Source: Macrostomum lignano (taxonomy: Eukaryota). From it: DNA of 64,000 nucleotides. Below the pieces are notes generated by a model, which was not told the DNA's origin, did no database searches, and saw only the letters and a program-made list of their open reading frames with translations. This document shows positions 39,040 through 50,395 of the stretch, one piece after another. The stretch is from assembly GCA_002269645.1 (NCBI GenBank), contig NIVC01003466.1:32447-96446 (forward strand), read 5' to 3'. The translations under genes and the position numbers were made by a program. Positions within the stretch are counted from its first letter, which is position 1; each line of letters begins with the position of its first letter.

Positions 39040-39145
39040 CAGAATATGAGAAGTACCTATGGCTGCTAACTGGATATTTACATGCTGAAGGCTTTGCAAG
39101 GTAGCCAACTATGAGAAGCATAGAAGCAAAGATGAACTTTGTCAT
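39040..39145 (-). CDS. Transmembrane semaphorin, exon 1 (signal peptide)
   Basis: MTKFIFASMLLIVGYLAKPSA-CKYPVSSHRYFSYS, signal-peptide-like; tatttgcag 6 nt before ATG; donor gtgagt, phase 1. Confidence 0.75.
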
Positions 39146-41188
39146 CTTGCTCTGCAAATAGCAACTAAATGCTTACTAGTAGAGCTCTGCTGGAATTTTT
39201 AAGCAATTTTAATTGAATTGTTTTGATATGCATAGGGATACATATAATTTTATTTATCAAAAAACAAAATTAGAAAAAAATATTTCATAACCTATAAATC
39301 TATATAGTTGATTCATTCATTGATTTATTTATACTAACTTAGTAACTATTTAAATATACCTTAAACTATTGGAAGAATTAGTTTTTTCCTATAATTTTTA
39401 TGCTATGATATTTGCTAGTATATATGCGCTAGTCTAGTCAATTTTTTAAATAATTATAAATGATGGAATTTTTTATATAGGCTAATATTATATTAGAAAT
39501 ATTTTTAGTTCCCTAGACTTATAATTATAAAGAAATACGAAGCTTATAAAAGGGCCTAATCTTGATTTCTTGATTTTTGGCTTCTAAAAAAGTTTATTTA
39601 ATGTTGTTCTATGTATCATTATCATTTAAAACTAACAGCATAAAGTAAAACTCAAGATCATACTTAAATACTGTCTGAATAAAGATTAATTTAAATTAGC
39701 TAGATTAGCTAGCCTACAATCAAGCTGAGACAAAGAACCTTTAAAATACATATTTAAATAAAATAAAACCTTTATTTTTAACACCTAACCCTCGAGAATT
39801 AAGCGTAGCACTCGGACTTGATGAGAGATTCGAAACAAAGAACAAGTTTTTTTATAGCATGACTATGACCTCGATGAGTAGGCCTACGTGCACGACGAAG
39901 CATCTATTGGATAAGATGAATTATTATTAGCCAATTGGCTTCAGTGGAAACAAACTTATGACTGTTCAGCGCTCAAAAAAGGATATAGAGTTGTTATTTA
40001 AACATTTAATTGCTATACAGCAATAAAGTAACGCTGAGAAATTCTTCAACCTTATATTTTGATTTCTACAGTTTCTTTTACTACGCTAAAACTCTTCCGG
40101 CTTTGATCAAGTCATTTTGGTGTCAAAAAAGCGATAGTTTTATGATATTTGAAATAGCAAAATCGAATTCCATTAAACCTGTTAATCATTTTTTATTCAG
40201 AAAACTAAATTTAAAGCTACAGCCTAAAGAATCTGTTTTGGCATCGAAAAATGTTTTTGTTCTTTCTTTTAATTACATTGGTCTTTGGCTACATCTTTTT
40301 TTTAATCTATCCCTTATACTAAAAATGAGCCTCACATTACTTTTTTAAAACATTAAGAAAAAACAGTAAAAATCGATATACTTTCCACAGAAGAAACCCT
40401 ATTGAATGATTCTGCTTCAAAGAAACGCATCACAATGCGCATGCAAATCGAATCCATGCGTGTATTGGACAACGGAATAATCACGTTCAACGGCGGCCCA
40501 GTCGGTCTTCTGCACACGCTTTAGCCGCTGCCGGCGTTGCCGAGGTAGCTGAACAGGTAATACAGCCGCTTCTCAGAGAAGCCGAGCTCTCAGCAGTCAG
40601 AAGCAGGCCGGTCCTCATGCTCAGCACCCATTACATTGTAGCTATATAGTCTATCACGTACCGGCACTAAAAATCACCAGAGTACCCCCGCCAAAGAACT
40701 TCAGCAGATATCTGAAAAGGGTCTGACAGTCATAATGTTTTGGCCATTATTCAACTCAGTTGCATACTATACAAGTGCAAATTGTATTTATACTTTCACT
40801 CAGCGCTCAGTCATTATTCCACACTTTTGCGGCCATTATTCCACACTTTTGTCGCTGTCATTATTCCACACTTTTTATCATGCTTCAATTGGCTGTTTTA
40901 AGAGTTGTTTTACCCATAGACGACTGAGTTGTGTGGCTTAGTTTGACCATAGACAACACTGTGATGAGTGCTGAGTTTGCTTGCGTCTTGCAAGAAATCA
41001 GGAAAGCGAGTAGTGGGAGAAAAAGCTATTTGTCTTGTCAAACAACTATGGCTATAGTGCATCTCGTCAAACAGCCGCGCTTATTAATTGGAAAAAAATC
41101 TTCCTGTCGACGACTGAACGAACCGTGCGGCGCTACCTAGGAAGAAAACGCGACCATGCAGTCTTCAACGCCTCGACGGCTATAAACG

Positions 41189-41564
41189 ATGCCTGAAAGC
41201 GGCCAATCGATTCAGTCGAGCAGCCGACAGTCCCAAAAAATCCCAGCTTTGGATACTGCGGTACCAAAGAAGCTCATCAGACGAAGCTCATCAGTCGCAT
41301 GCCAACTTAACCAAGTCGTGCATCTTTCAAATGGTAAGTTCGGCAACTATACTTGAGCACCTGTATTTCTCTTTCATAGAAAACATTCAACATAGACCAA
41401 CTCCTTTTGCAGTGCCAAATCATCAGGCTAAAGTGTCGAGCATCTTTGGAAACTGCGGCTTTGAGAACTGTGCATGTTTCACTTTGGGTGACAAATTGAT
41501 TTTTACATTGTCAAATTTCGACTACAAACTGATAAACTGCACTAGCTGTGACATTTATTATTAA
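41189..41564 (+). CDS. Candidate two-exon small Cys-rich ORF (41189-41333, 41413-41564; 98 aa)
   Basis: Donor G|gtaagt, acceptor ccttttgcag|, frame preserved; C-x4-C-x-C and C-x2-C. Confidence 0.3.
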
Positions 41565-41803
41565 CTCTTTTCGTGTAGCTGGTACTTTAGTTTTAATGAT
41601 TTTTCCTTTTTGTTCATTTACTTCTTGTTGTTCTGTATTTATTAACAAAAATACTGAGCGATGGATTTTTTCAATCCAAATGTCTATGGTACACATCAAA
41701 ACTGTGGAATAATGGCCAAAATATTTTTTCATTGCGTCTGGGTAAAAGTATAATTACAATGGAAACAAAATGAATGAACTAAAATGTAGCTCGAGTCCGA
41801 CCA

Positions 41804-42253
41804 TAGACTTACAGTAAGTCAAAAGCTAGCGTAAAATAACAAAAGTACTTTTGATTGAATGCACCCAAACTTCTTTGTTGGGCTGCTGTAATACAGAGAT
41901 ATCTATGGAAAAACTCGAAGAAACATAAAACTTTTAAAGCAGTGGAATATTTCCCACTGGGCTTCAGCTTCACTGCTTTTTGTTCCCTCCTTTTGTTGCG
42001 CCAAAAATCATGGATCTGCATTCAAGTGTTGCTCAGAGGAGCGTGGTTTACACCCTTTGGATGATAGAAACACTTTATAGTGTTTATAGTATCTATGGGG
42101 CACAGTGCAGCCGGGATTCATGCTCAACTTTCATTGGCTCATGGGTCTAGTGCAAGTCATTTACCGCAGTTATTTTATAGCATTCACTGCAGCCAGTTAC
42201 TCATTTTTTCCTCGATTTTTTTCGAAATTTCGCTAGCTTGTACTGTAAGTCTA
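41804..42253. mobile_element. Candidate MITE
   Basis: 13-bp perfect inverted repeat tagacttacagta / tactgtaagtcta, extending imperfectly inward (aagctagcg); outer TA could be the TSD. Confidence 0.4.
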
Positions 42254-42944
42254 GTTATGGTTGAACTCCTGTTACAATTTTTTTCATAACTTTTGTTTCC
42301 ATATTTTTGTTTGTTTTAAAAGATGTTAAAATTATTACGGAGAGGAGAGTTTCCGCCATTAAATTGTGCAAAATGATGTTATTTAGATTATTAGAACGAG
42401 AGATATAATCAAAAGTAACACTACTTTTGGGACAGCCCAATATAATGTAATATAATGTAATATCCATAATGAGTACCTGTAGCTACCCAGTCTCTGCATA
42501 TACACGAGAGTACATGCCGATTTTGCCGCGTATTCAGATTAACCTACGTGTTTGCACACGATTTTTATCCTGCAAAAGCACGCGTAAAAGCAGCGTAACC
42601 TCTTGCTCTCTGTTAATAATCCGCAATGCGTATAAAAAGCATATAAAAAACTTTAACACTAAACGTTTAGGACTTTCCAGCCATATAATTTGCGGGCGAT
42701 CACAACGCATTTTACGCCAAGTAGTAATACGCGTTTGAACCGACACTGGGTTGAGGGTATGTAACTTTAAATAAATTTTCTTCAGTTTAAACCAATTTCC
42801 TGCAATAGGCGCATCGGCTACTGAATTATGAGTAGTTTTTGGCCTGCGCAATGCGTGTCACATCTTTGCTGCTGTTCTGCATGCAGTGAGTGGCGTACGT
42901 AGGAAGTTCAATTTGAGTGGCAGGCAATTTGGTGTCTTGTTGAG

Positions 42945-43378
42945 CGCCACTGTCTCTTGGTGGGCGCCCCTGTCTCTTGGTGGGCGCCCCTGTCTCTTGG
43001 TGGGCGCCTCTGTCTCTTGGTGCGCGCCACTGTCTCTTGGAGGGCGACTCTGTCTCTTGGTGGGCGCCCCTGTCTCTTGGTGGGCGCCCCTGTCTCTTGG
43101 TGGGCGCCCCTGTCTCTTGGTGGGCGCCCCTGTCTCTTGGTGGGCGCCTCTGTCTCTTGGTGCGCGCCACTGTCTCTTGGAGGGCGACTCTGTCTCTTGG
43201 TGGGCGCCCCTGTCTCTTGGTGGGCGCCCCTGTCTCTTGGTGGACGCCCTTGTCTCTTGGAGGGCACCACTGTCTCTTGGTGGGCGCCCCTGTCTCTTGG
43301 TGGACGCCCCTGTCTCTTGGTGGACGCCCCTGTCTCTTGGTGGACGCCCCTGTCTCTTGGTGGGCGCCTCTGTTTCTT
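42945..43378. repeat. 20-bp minisatellite (tgtctcttggtgggcgcccc)
   Basis: Tandem copies; a variant block recurs 140 bp apart. Confidence 0.95.
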
Positions 43379-44294
43379 TGTCGGCAAAGTGGGCAAAAGA
43401 ATTGAGCTCCCGTCATTCCACGAGCTTGGTTTTGCGTCATTATCATAAATTTAAAACAAATGAATAGGAAAAACAAACAAAAAATAGCGAGTGCTAATTC
43501 GAACAATAAATATCAATTTTGGAAACTTTTATTGAGTACTGTTGAGTACTGAATGTCTCGGTGGAGAATCTGTAATAGAAAATGCAATAGTCGATTGTAT
43601 TTTGCGTCCATAGTTTCTTCAATTTGTAATATTATATTTGATATTCAGCTAAAGCTTCTCGCCTTCAGAGAAATTGTAAAATTTCAAGGGCTTTAGTATT
43701 TAAACAGGTGCAGCTGGTTTAAGTATTTTCGCATTTAAACAAAACATTAAAGTTTAAACTTTATGGCCTTGGTTTCACTGTGAGTTTGGAGCCATTATTC
43801 CAACCGTGACAGACAGTGCGCACGACTGTGTTAAGTCACAGGTTCAAGTGCAATTAACAAAGGTGCAAAACTCGTCAAAAATTTACGATGAAATACGCAA
43901 GTCACGAATATTTTTCAACTAAGACAGCCGATGAATGAACACAAGAACTTTTATGTACACAGGTAGCTGTAAATTTATAGATCAGAAAACATATTTAAGA
44001 TTGTCTGGCTTCATACTATAGGATTTATTGAATGCGATAGATTGCTTTCAGTAGTAAATTAAGGAGTTTAATTCAAGAATCACTAAATTTATGGAAATGT
44101 GTCCTACACACAGATTTTCAATAGAATGCGTTGCCCATCAACTGAGGTTTAATCGCAAACAAACTTCGGACCAGAAAAGCCTCTGCAAAAGAAAACTTCA
44201 GAGGTGGAAACGGTTGTAATTTTTCTTGAGTTTTGTTTATTTTTCAAGTCTCTAGTTAGTGTTATAACAATATAACTCTATTATAACAAGTTAT

Positions 44295-44575
44295 AATTAT
44301 CAAATATTGATTACACCTGCCCTAATAGTCCAGCCGCAGCTATTGCGCGGGGCATCTGAAGGCTGTGTACGGCTGTTCAGTCCAAGGACTGGGGGGTCGC
44401 AACACACAGCCTCAATTATCCCAGCTAATGCTGGCGCCCATTTTACAGCTGGGTGAACTGAAGTAATACGGAGTTGGGTGTCTTGCTCAAGGACACAATT
44501 CCGAAAGGGTCGAGAATCGAACCTCCGACCTTTCAGTCGTGAGTCCAACGCTCTGACCACTGGGCTACAACTCCT
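44295..44575 (-). mobile_element. tRNA-headed SINE with CORE-like central domain
   Basis: GTAGCCCAGTGG...GGTTCGATTC then TGTGTCCTTGAGCAAGACAC...CTTCAGTTCACCCAGCTGTAAAATGGG, resembling the CORE consensus. Confidence 0.75.
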
Positions 44576-44702
44576 CAAACAACACTAAACCAGCAAAATT
44601 TAGTGTTAAAACTTGGTTTTCACTTGTTCTACTTATGCATTCACATGAGGTTCCAACAACATGCTTTTCACACCAATTTAAATTAGTCAATTATCAAATA
44701 AA

Positions 44703-45809
44703 TCAATGCAAGGGCGTCACTTTGCCCGCCGTGGCGGCCGCTGCAAACACCTGCGCCAGGGCCAGCGCCTCGGCAATCGACGGAGACGACGACGTCGTTA
44801 TCGTGGCTGTCGGAAAGTCGCCGATCGCGGTGGAAAATGACGAGCAGGAGGCGACTGCGGAAGTTGGCGGCGGCGGCTGCGGCTGCGGCGACGGCTTGCC
44901 GAAGCAGCGCAGTCGAACGTTCTGCTGGGCCAGTAGGTCGTTGCTGGCCAGCAGCTGGGCGCACTGCAGCCGCAGTTCGTCGGCTCGACGCCGCAGTAGG
45001 CAGTTTTCCTCTACTAGGAGTCGAGCCTCGCAGGGACCCCCGGCTGCGGCGGGAGCGGCGACGGAGGCGACTGCGACGTTGGCCGCCGATGAGGCAGCGA
45101 TGACGGCCCAGAGAGAGGCCGGGTCCACAGCGAAGGCGGCTGCAGGCGACGCGGCAGCCAACGACGTCTGCAGCGGCTGCAACGGCTGCGGTGGAGGTGG
45201 CGGCAGTGGCGGTGGCGGCGGCGAGAAGGCAGCCAAAGCGGCTGAGGCAGCGACAGCAGCTGCTGCCTGTTCATAGTCAGATTCCAGCTTGCGTCGCTTA
45301 GCCAGGTCGTAAAACTGCTGCTGCTGCTGATGCTTCTGCTGCTCCTGCTGTTGCTGCTGTTGCTGCAGGTCGCAGTCTCCAACAGCGGCGGCCAGAAGCT
45401 CGGCCGGGGTCACGTGACGAAAGCGACACTTAGCAGCGCGTTTGCAGTCACCTTTCAGATGGTCCTTGCAGACTGGCGGCTGGTCCCCTGTAGAGATGAG
45501 GCAGCGCAGGCGAGCGGGCACCTCCCCGGTGGCTCGGTAGGCCGCCTCCTCCTCGCGGCTGCAGTGGGCGAAGCGGCAGTTCGGCCGCGGACAGCCGGCG
45601 TTCTGGAAGTCGTGGCAGAAAACGATCTCCGCCCTCGCTAAGCGCGCACACTCGCCAGCCTCCGGGTGCCGGTAGCGGCAGCGGCGGCCGCGGCGGCACA
45701 CGTGGCGAAGGTAGTCGCGACAGACCGCGTCAATGGCAGAGCCGCCGCTGCCGATGCCGCTGTCGCCCGATGAGTCTTCTGCTCCGGCCACGCCGTCTGA
45801 GCTGCTCAT
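44703..45809 (-). CDS. ZC3H10: CCCH zinc finger protein 10 orthologue, single coding exon, 368 aa
   Basis: Three CCCH fingers (VCRDYLRHVCRRGRRCRYRH; FCHDFQNAGCPRPNCRFAH; VCKDHLKGDCKRAAKCRFRH) and the coiled coil RLLVEENCLLRRRADELRLQCAQLLASNDLLAQQN typical of ZC3H10. Confidence 0.93.
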   Translation of the reverse strand: MSSSDGVAGAEDSSGDSGIGSGGSAIDAVCRDYLRHVCRRGRRCRYRHPEAGECARLARAEIVFCHDFQNAGCPRPNCRFAHCSREEEAAYRATGEVPARLRCLISTGDQPPVCKDHLKGDCKRAAKCRFRHVTPAELLAAAVGDCDLQQQQQQQEQQKHQQQQQFYDLAKRRKLESDYEQAAAAVAASAALAAFSPPPPPLPPPPPQPLQPLQTSLAAASPAAAFAVDPASLWAVIAASSAANVAVASVAAPAAAGGPCEARLLVEENCLLRRRADELRLQCAQLLASNDLLAQQNVRLRCFGKPSPQPQPPPPTSAVASCSSFSTAIGDFPTATITTSSSPSIAEALALAQVFAAAATAGKVTPLH

Positions 45810-45854
45810 CGTCCGAGCTGATGAAGCTGAGCTTCCGGCTGGGTTGGGGTTGAC

Positions 45855-46890
45855 TATGCTGTTATGATTATGATGACCATGATATGACTATGATGACCAT
45901 GTTCTGCCTATGATGACCATGTTCTGCCTATGATGACCATGTTCTGCCTATGATGACCATGTTCTGCCTATTATGACCATGTTCTGACCATAATGACCGT
46001 GTTATGACTTTGATGACCATGTTGTGACTATGATGAAAATGTTGTGACTATGATGACCATGATATGGCTATGATGACCATGTTATGACTATGATGACCAT
46101 GTTGTGACTATGATGAAAATGTTGTGACTATGATGACCATGATATGGCTATGATGACCATGTTATGACTATGATGACCATGTTATGACCATGATGACCAT
46201 GTTGTGACTATGATGAAAATGTTGTGACAATGATGACCATGATATGGCTATGATGACCATGTTATGACTATGATGACCATGTTATGACTATGATGACCAT
46301 GTTGTGACTATGATGAAAATGTTGTGACTATGATGACCATGATATGGCTATGATGACCATGTTGTGACTATGATGAAAATGTTGTGACTATGATGACCAT
46401 AATATGGCTATGATGCCCATGTTATGACTATGATGACCATGTTGTGACTATGATGAAAATGTTGTGACTATGATGACCATGATATGGCTATGATGACCAT
46501 GTTGTGACTATGATGAAAATGTTGTGACTATGATGACCATAATATGGCTATGATGCCCATGTTATGACTATGATGACAATGCTGTGACTATGATGAAAAT
46601 GTTGTGACTATGATGACCATGATATTGCTATGATGACCATGTTATGACTATGATGACAATGCTGTGACTATGATGAAAATGTTGTGACTATGATGACCAT
46701 GATATGGCTATGATGACCATGTTATGACTATGATGACAATGCTGTGACTATGATGAAAATGTTGTGACTATGATGACCATGATATGGCTATGATGACCAT
46801 GTTATGACTATGATGAATATGTTATGACTAAGATGACCATGTCATGACTATGATGACTATGTCATGACTATGATGACCACGTTATGACTA
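45855..46890. repeat. 20-bp minisatellite (tatgatgaccatgttatgac) with 60-bp higher-order period
   Basis: Tandem copies. Confidence 0.96.
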
Positions 46891-47745
46891 CGACTAGATA
46901 ATAACATTTCTGACAAAAAAAGTAATCACTGTTGACTGACATTTTCTCCATCATTTTTCTCAATTTTCTCATTCAATTCCAATTTCGCTGTTATTGCCAG
47001 CTCGAACAGTCAGCAGGCAGAAATAAAATTGATCAAAAGCGGCTCCCAGACTCGAATTGCTTTTTTTGATCCTTCGGGCTAAAAAGCCGCTATTGACTTC
47101 AAGCCATGGAGGATTTTCTGGGGAGAGGTCGCCTTTGTCGGGATATGGAGTTCGATTTCTCAAAGGCTCACCTTGCCGCGCCGCGGGGGGCCATCATAGC
47201 TCGGGGGTATTATTATATACAACACAGCGCGCTAATCTCCATCATCAATGGCCTCTTTTGTGCGATGGAAATTAAGCCTGGCGGCTGGCTTTAGCGTGGG
47301 GAGGGGGGAGGCGTTTGAGCACACCATCTTCTGCATCAGCGGAGCTTCAAGTCGGCAATTTCAGACTCACTTTCAGCCCCCCCCCCGACCACACTCGATG
47401 CCCATGACCAGCGGCGCCGCCTATAGTACCCCATTCTGCTGGGCCTAATGGATTTCTGCGGGGATAAGGAGAGGCAGGCTGGAGGCGCTCGGGGGAGGAA
47501 TAGGTGATGAGGAATAGATGAGACGAGCTGAGAGTCCAATCCGAGGGCTTGACTGGGATTTAGGGAGGTCGGGGGGGGAGTTTTTAGTCAAGGAACTTCT
47601 GTCTGGCAGTTTTAGCGGATATGCGGCGATCTGTGGGAGGCAAAGTGACCGAGTGCGGGGCAGCGATTTCGCCACAGGCGAGGAGTGGCTCAGAGCAGAT
47701 GACACAGGCTAGTACGCGGAGCTGGATGCGTGATATGAGACGGAG

Positions 47746-47779
<34 letters not shown>

Positions 47780-49062
47780 ATCTCTCCCATTTTATCCCGA
47801 AAGCTTTCGCAATATCCCTTATCTCGGCAGCAGACTCGCAGTTCCAAGGTGAAAGGGTCTCTCTGGGCGCCGCGGGACTGCCAGGATCCCCATGGGGATG
47901 TGACGAAGTGGCTTCAGTCTAGACGGAGAGCTGGTTCAAGCCGAGGTCTGAGAGAGAGAGAGAGAGCGGGGAAGACACAGAGTGAGCCGGTGAGCGGGAA
48001 ATTAAGATTCACGAGCTCGAGGATTTTGCGATCTTGCCTCGAGAGTCGGGGGAGGGTTGGTGGATAAATATGAACGCAGGTGAGGCAGGTACTTGGGATT
48101 AGAATTCTATAGAATCTTGGCTAAAACCGCGGCTCAGCTCCCACAGAAAAGGCCCACTTCCCTAAGCCTTTTCGTGGTTAGAAAACTGTCAGAATTCTTT
48201 TTTGCGGCGAAAACATCACTGAGCTGCCATTACCGATGCGACAGCGCTCCGTTTTCCCCGGGGGGCCAGCCAGCATCTCTGCAGCTCCATCATCTGCACC
48301 CTCCCCATCCCTACTCCGGCGGTCAATTGTTTCTCTCCAATCAATAAAATATGGGAAGATAGTGCGAGAGAGAATTCCCTAGGTGATTAATGCCGACCGC
48401 GCATCTTAACCAACCCTCCCACAACCACGAGGTATCACTTGGTAGCCGGGGGGGGGGGGGGTTTAGCGCCAGAATGCCAATCCCGGGATGAATTAACATT
48501 GATCTAAGAAATTATTGATAGCAGGCGACAGTAAAGTTATTCTCTTGCAGCTAGCAGGGTAATTATAATACAGAAGCGTATTATTAAATCACTGCTTCTG
48601 TTGGTAGTCTGCAGATTTAATATGTAGAAATGAAAAAATCTGTCAATTGCAAGATGAAAATCGTAGAGGGGTTTGAGCTGTTGATTCACTCATTTATATT
48701 CGAAATCGGAACTCGCAGCTTTATCTCCTCATTTGTTCCTGCTCTCGATTCCAAATCTTACATACATCACAGCACCTTCGACCTCCGTCATCTTTTTTTC
48801 AGTTTACACGACAAAACTTCTTCATCACTTTTTCTACCCACTGCATATTTATTATGCGCGTTTTCCATCCGCTTTTTACCGTGTCAGTGTTCCCCAATTC
48901 CCCTTTCTCCCCTCTCTACTCTCCCTCTCTCAATCCTCTCCCTCTCTCTCCTCTCTCCTCCCCTCTCTATTTCCTCTCCCTCTCTCTTCTCTCCTTCTCA
49001 CACCTCTAACTCTTTCCATCTCTCTCCCAAGTCTCTCTCCCTCTAGTGATTTTAATTCAGAA

Positions 49063-49410
49063 AGCAGAGCAGGTCAGCGGTAAACGCGTCTGACTCTCGC
49101 GCCGCAACCCCCGGTTCGATTCCGTGCGCAAACATTCATTTGAGGCTTGTGCACAAAAATTAGCCGGCGGCCGGTTGTCGTGCGATTGATACCCATAATG
49201 GCCAACCCCCAAGGCACAAAGAGTGTACATGCCTGACGATTAAAAAGTCAGGGCTGCTGTACACCCTGTGTGAGCGTGTGCATGAGTGCGTGCCTGCGTA
49301 CAGTATTGGCGCGCTTGCATGTCAGCGGAATGGGCAGAATTGCCTCAGCGCTTGTGCGCGGGACGATGTCGCCGAAGGCGTGGCGCCAGGGTGCCCGCAG
49401 CCCTGCTGCA
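49063..49410 (+). mobile_element. SINE family A, full length
   Basis: GTCAGCGG...GGTTCGATTCC head, body, 3' end ggcgccagggtgcccgcagcc and AT tail. Confidence 0.82.
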
Positions 49411-49799
49411 ATTATTATAATTGGTTTGAATTTCTGTTTCATTAAAAATCCAACTTCTGCGATAAAACAGGTAAAACAGGCAGAGTGACCTGTTGTACCC
49501 CTCACTCACTCTCTGACTCTCTGAGTTAGGCCTAGTAAAACCACAGCTATGCCTCAAAATGGAGAGAGGGGAGGCGAGAGCACACGAGTAGTGTTGCGAC
49601 TAGAGGCTAAGTCAAACATTGCCAAAATGCATGCATACACAGTCCTATAAAGCTTTAATCTTTGCCCAGGCTAGTTCTTACCTGCGCAATTCCCATTTAC
49701 TGTGTAACTAACTGTCTCTGACAAACAAACGGCTATGGAAACTGGAATGACGGTAGGAGCACTATGTGGAGGCTCATGCAGTCACTCGCTCTTCCTCAG

Positions 49800-50027
49800 G
49801 GGCTGGGGGCATAACATTAAAATCTGTGTCAGTAGGAAATTATCTGTCTCGTATCGCGAAGGCTGCCGAAGAGCAAAAAGCAGACATTGACTTGTTTAGC
49901 AAACAGCAAAGGGCTCAGCGAAAGAGACAGCGAATACAGTTTCTTTGCACTGCTCTACTGCTTTGCACTACCTTTGCGATTTCTTGCCTGTGCGATTCAC
50001 TGATGACAGGGCAGGTCCAGCTCACAC
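49800..50027 (+). CDS. Candidate orphan exon with basic stretch plus hydrophobic helix
   Basis: ctcttcctcag| ...QRAQRKRQR-IQFLCTALLLCTTFAISCLC... |gtgagc; 228 nt, phase 1 to 1. Confidence 0.35.
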
Positions 50028-50395
50028 GTGAGCGATCAGAGAGGGTAATTCATGAGCAACCAGAGAGGGTAATTCATGAGCAATCAGAGAGGGTAATTCA
50101 TGAGCAATCAGAGAGGGAGTAACTCATGAGCCATCAGAGAAGGTGCTGGCTTAACCCCCACCCCATGAGCAATCAGAGAGGGTGCTGGCTCAACCCCCCA
50201 CGCCCTTGAGCAATCAGAGAGGGTGCTGGCTCAACCCCCCACGCCCTTGAGCAATCAGAGAGGGTGCTGGCTCAACCCCCCACGCCCTTGAGCAATCAGA
50301 GAGGGTGCTGGCTCAACCCCCCACGCCCTTGAGCAATCAGAGAGGGTGCTGGCTCAACCCCCCACGCCCTTGAGCAATCAGAGAGGGTGCTGGCT
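50028..50395. repeat. 24-bp then 40-bp array with core tgagcaatcagagagggt
   Basis: Tandem copies. Confidence 0.92.

Noticed and set aside
39829-39870. TTGATGA-gagattc-GAAA hammerhead-like string
   Set aside because: Core C missing and stems I and III do not pair
40521-40631. Minus-strand MGAEHEDRPASDC-TGA-ELGFSEKRLYYLFSYLG as a selenoprotein
   Set aside because: Very short, only ELGFS resembles SELENOF, and no convincing SECIS follows
49300-49340. GCGGAATGGGCA in the SINE, resembling the J4/2-P2 strand of HDV-like ribozymes
   Set aside because: I could not build P1, P1.1 or P3/L3 at workable spacing in any copy; a descriptor search on the consensus would settle it
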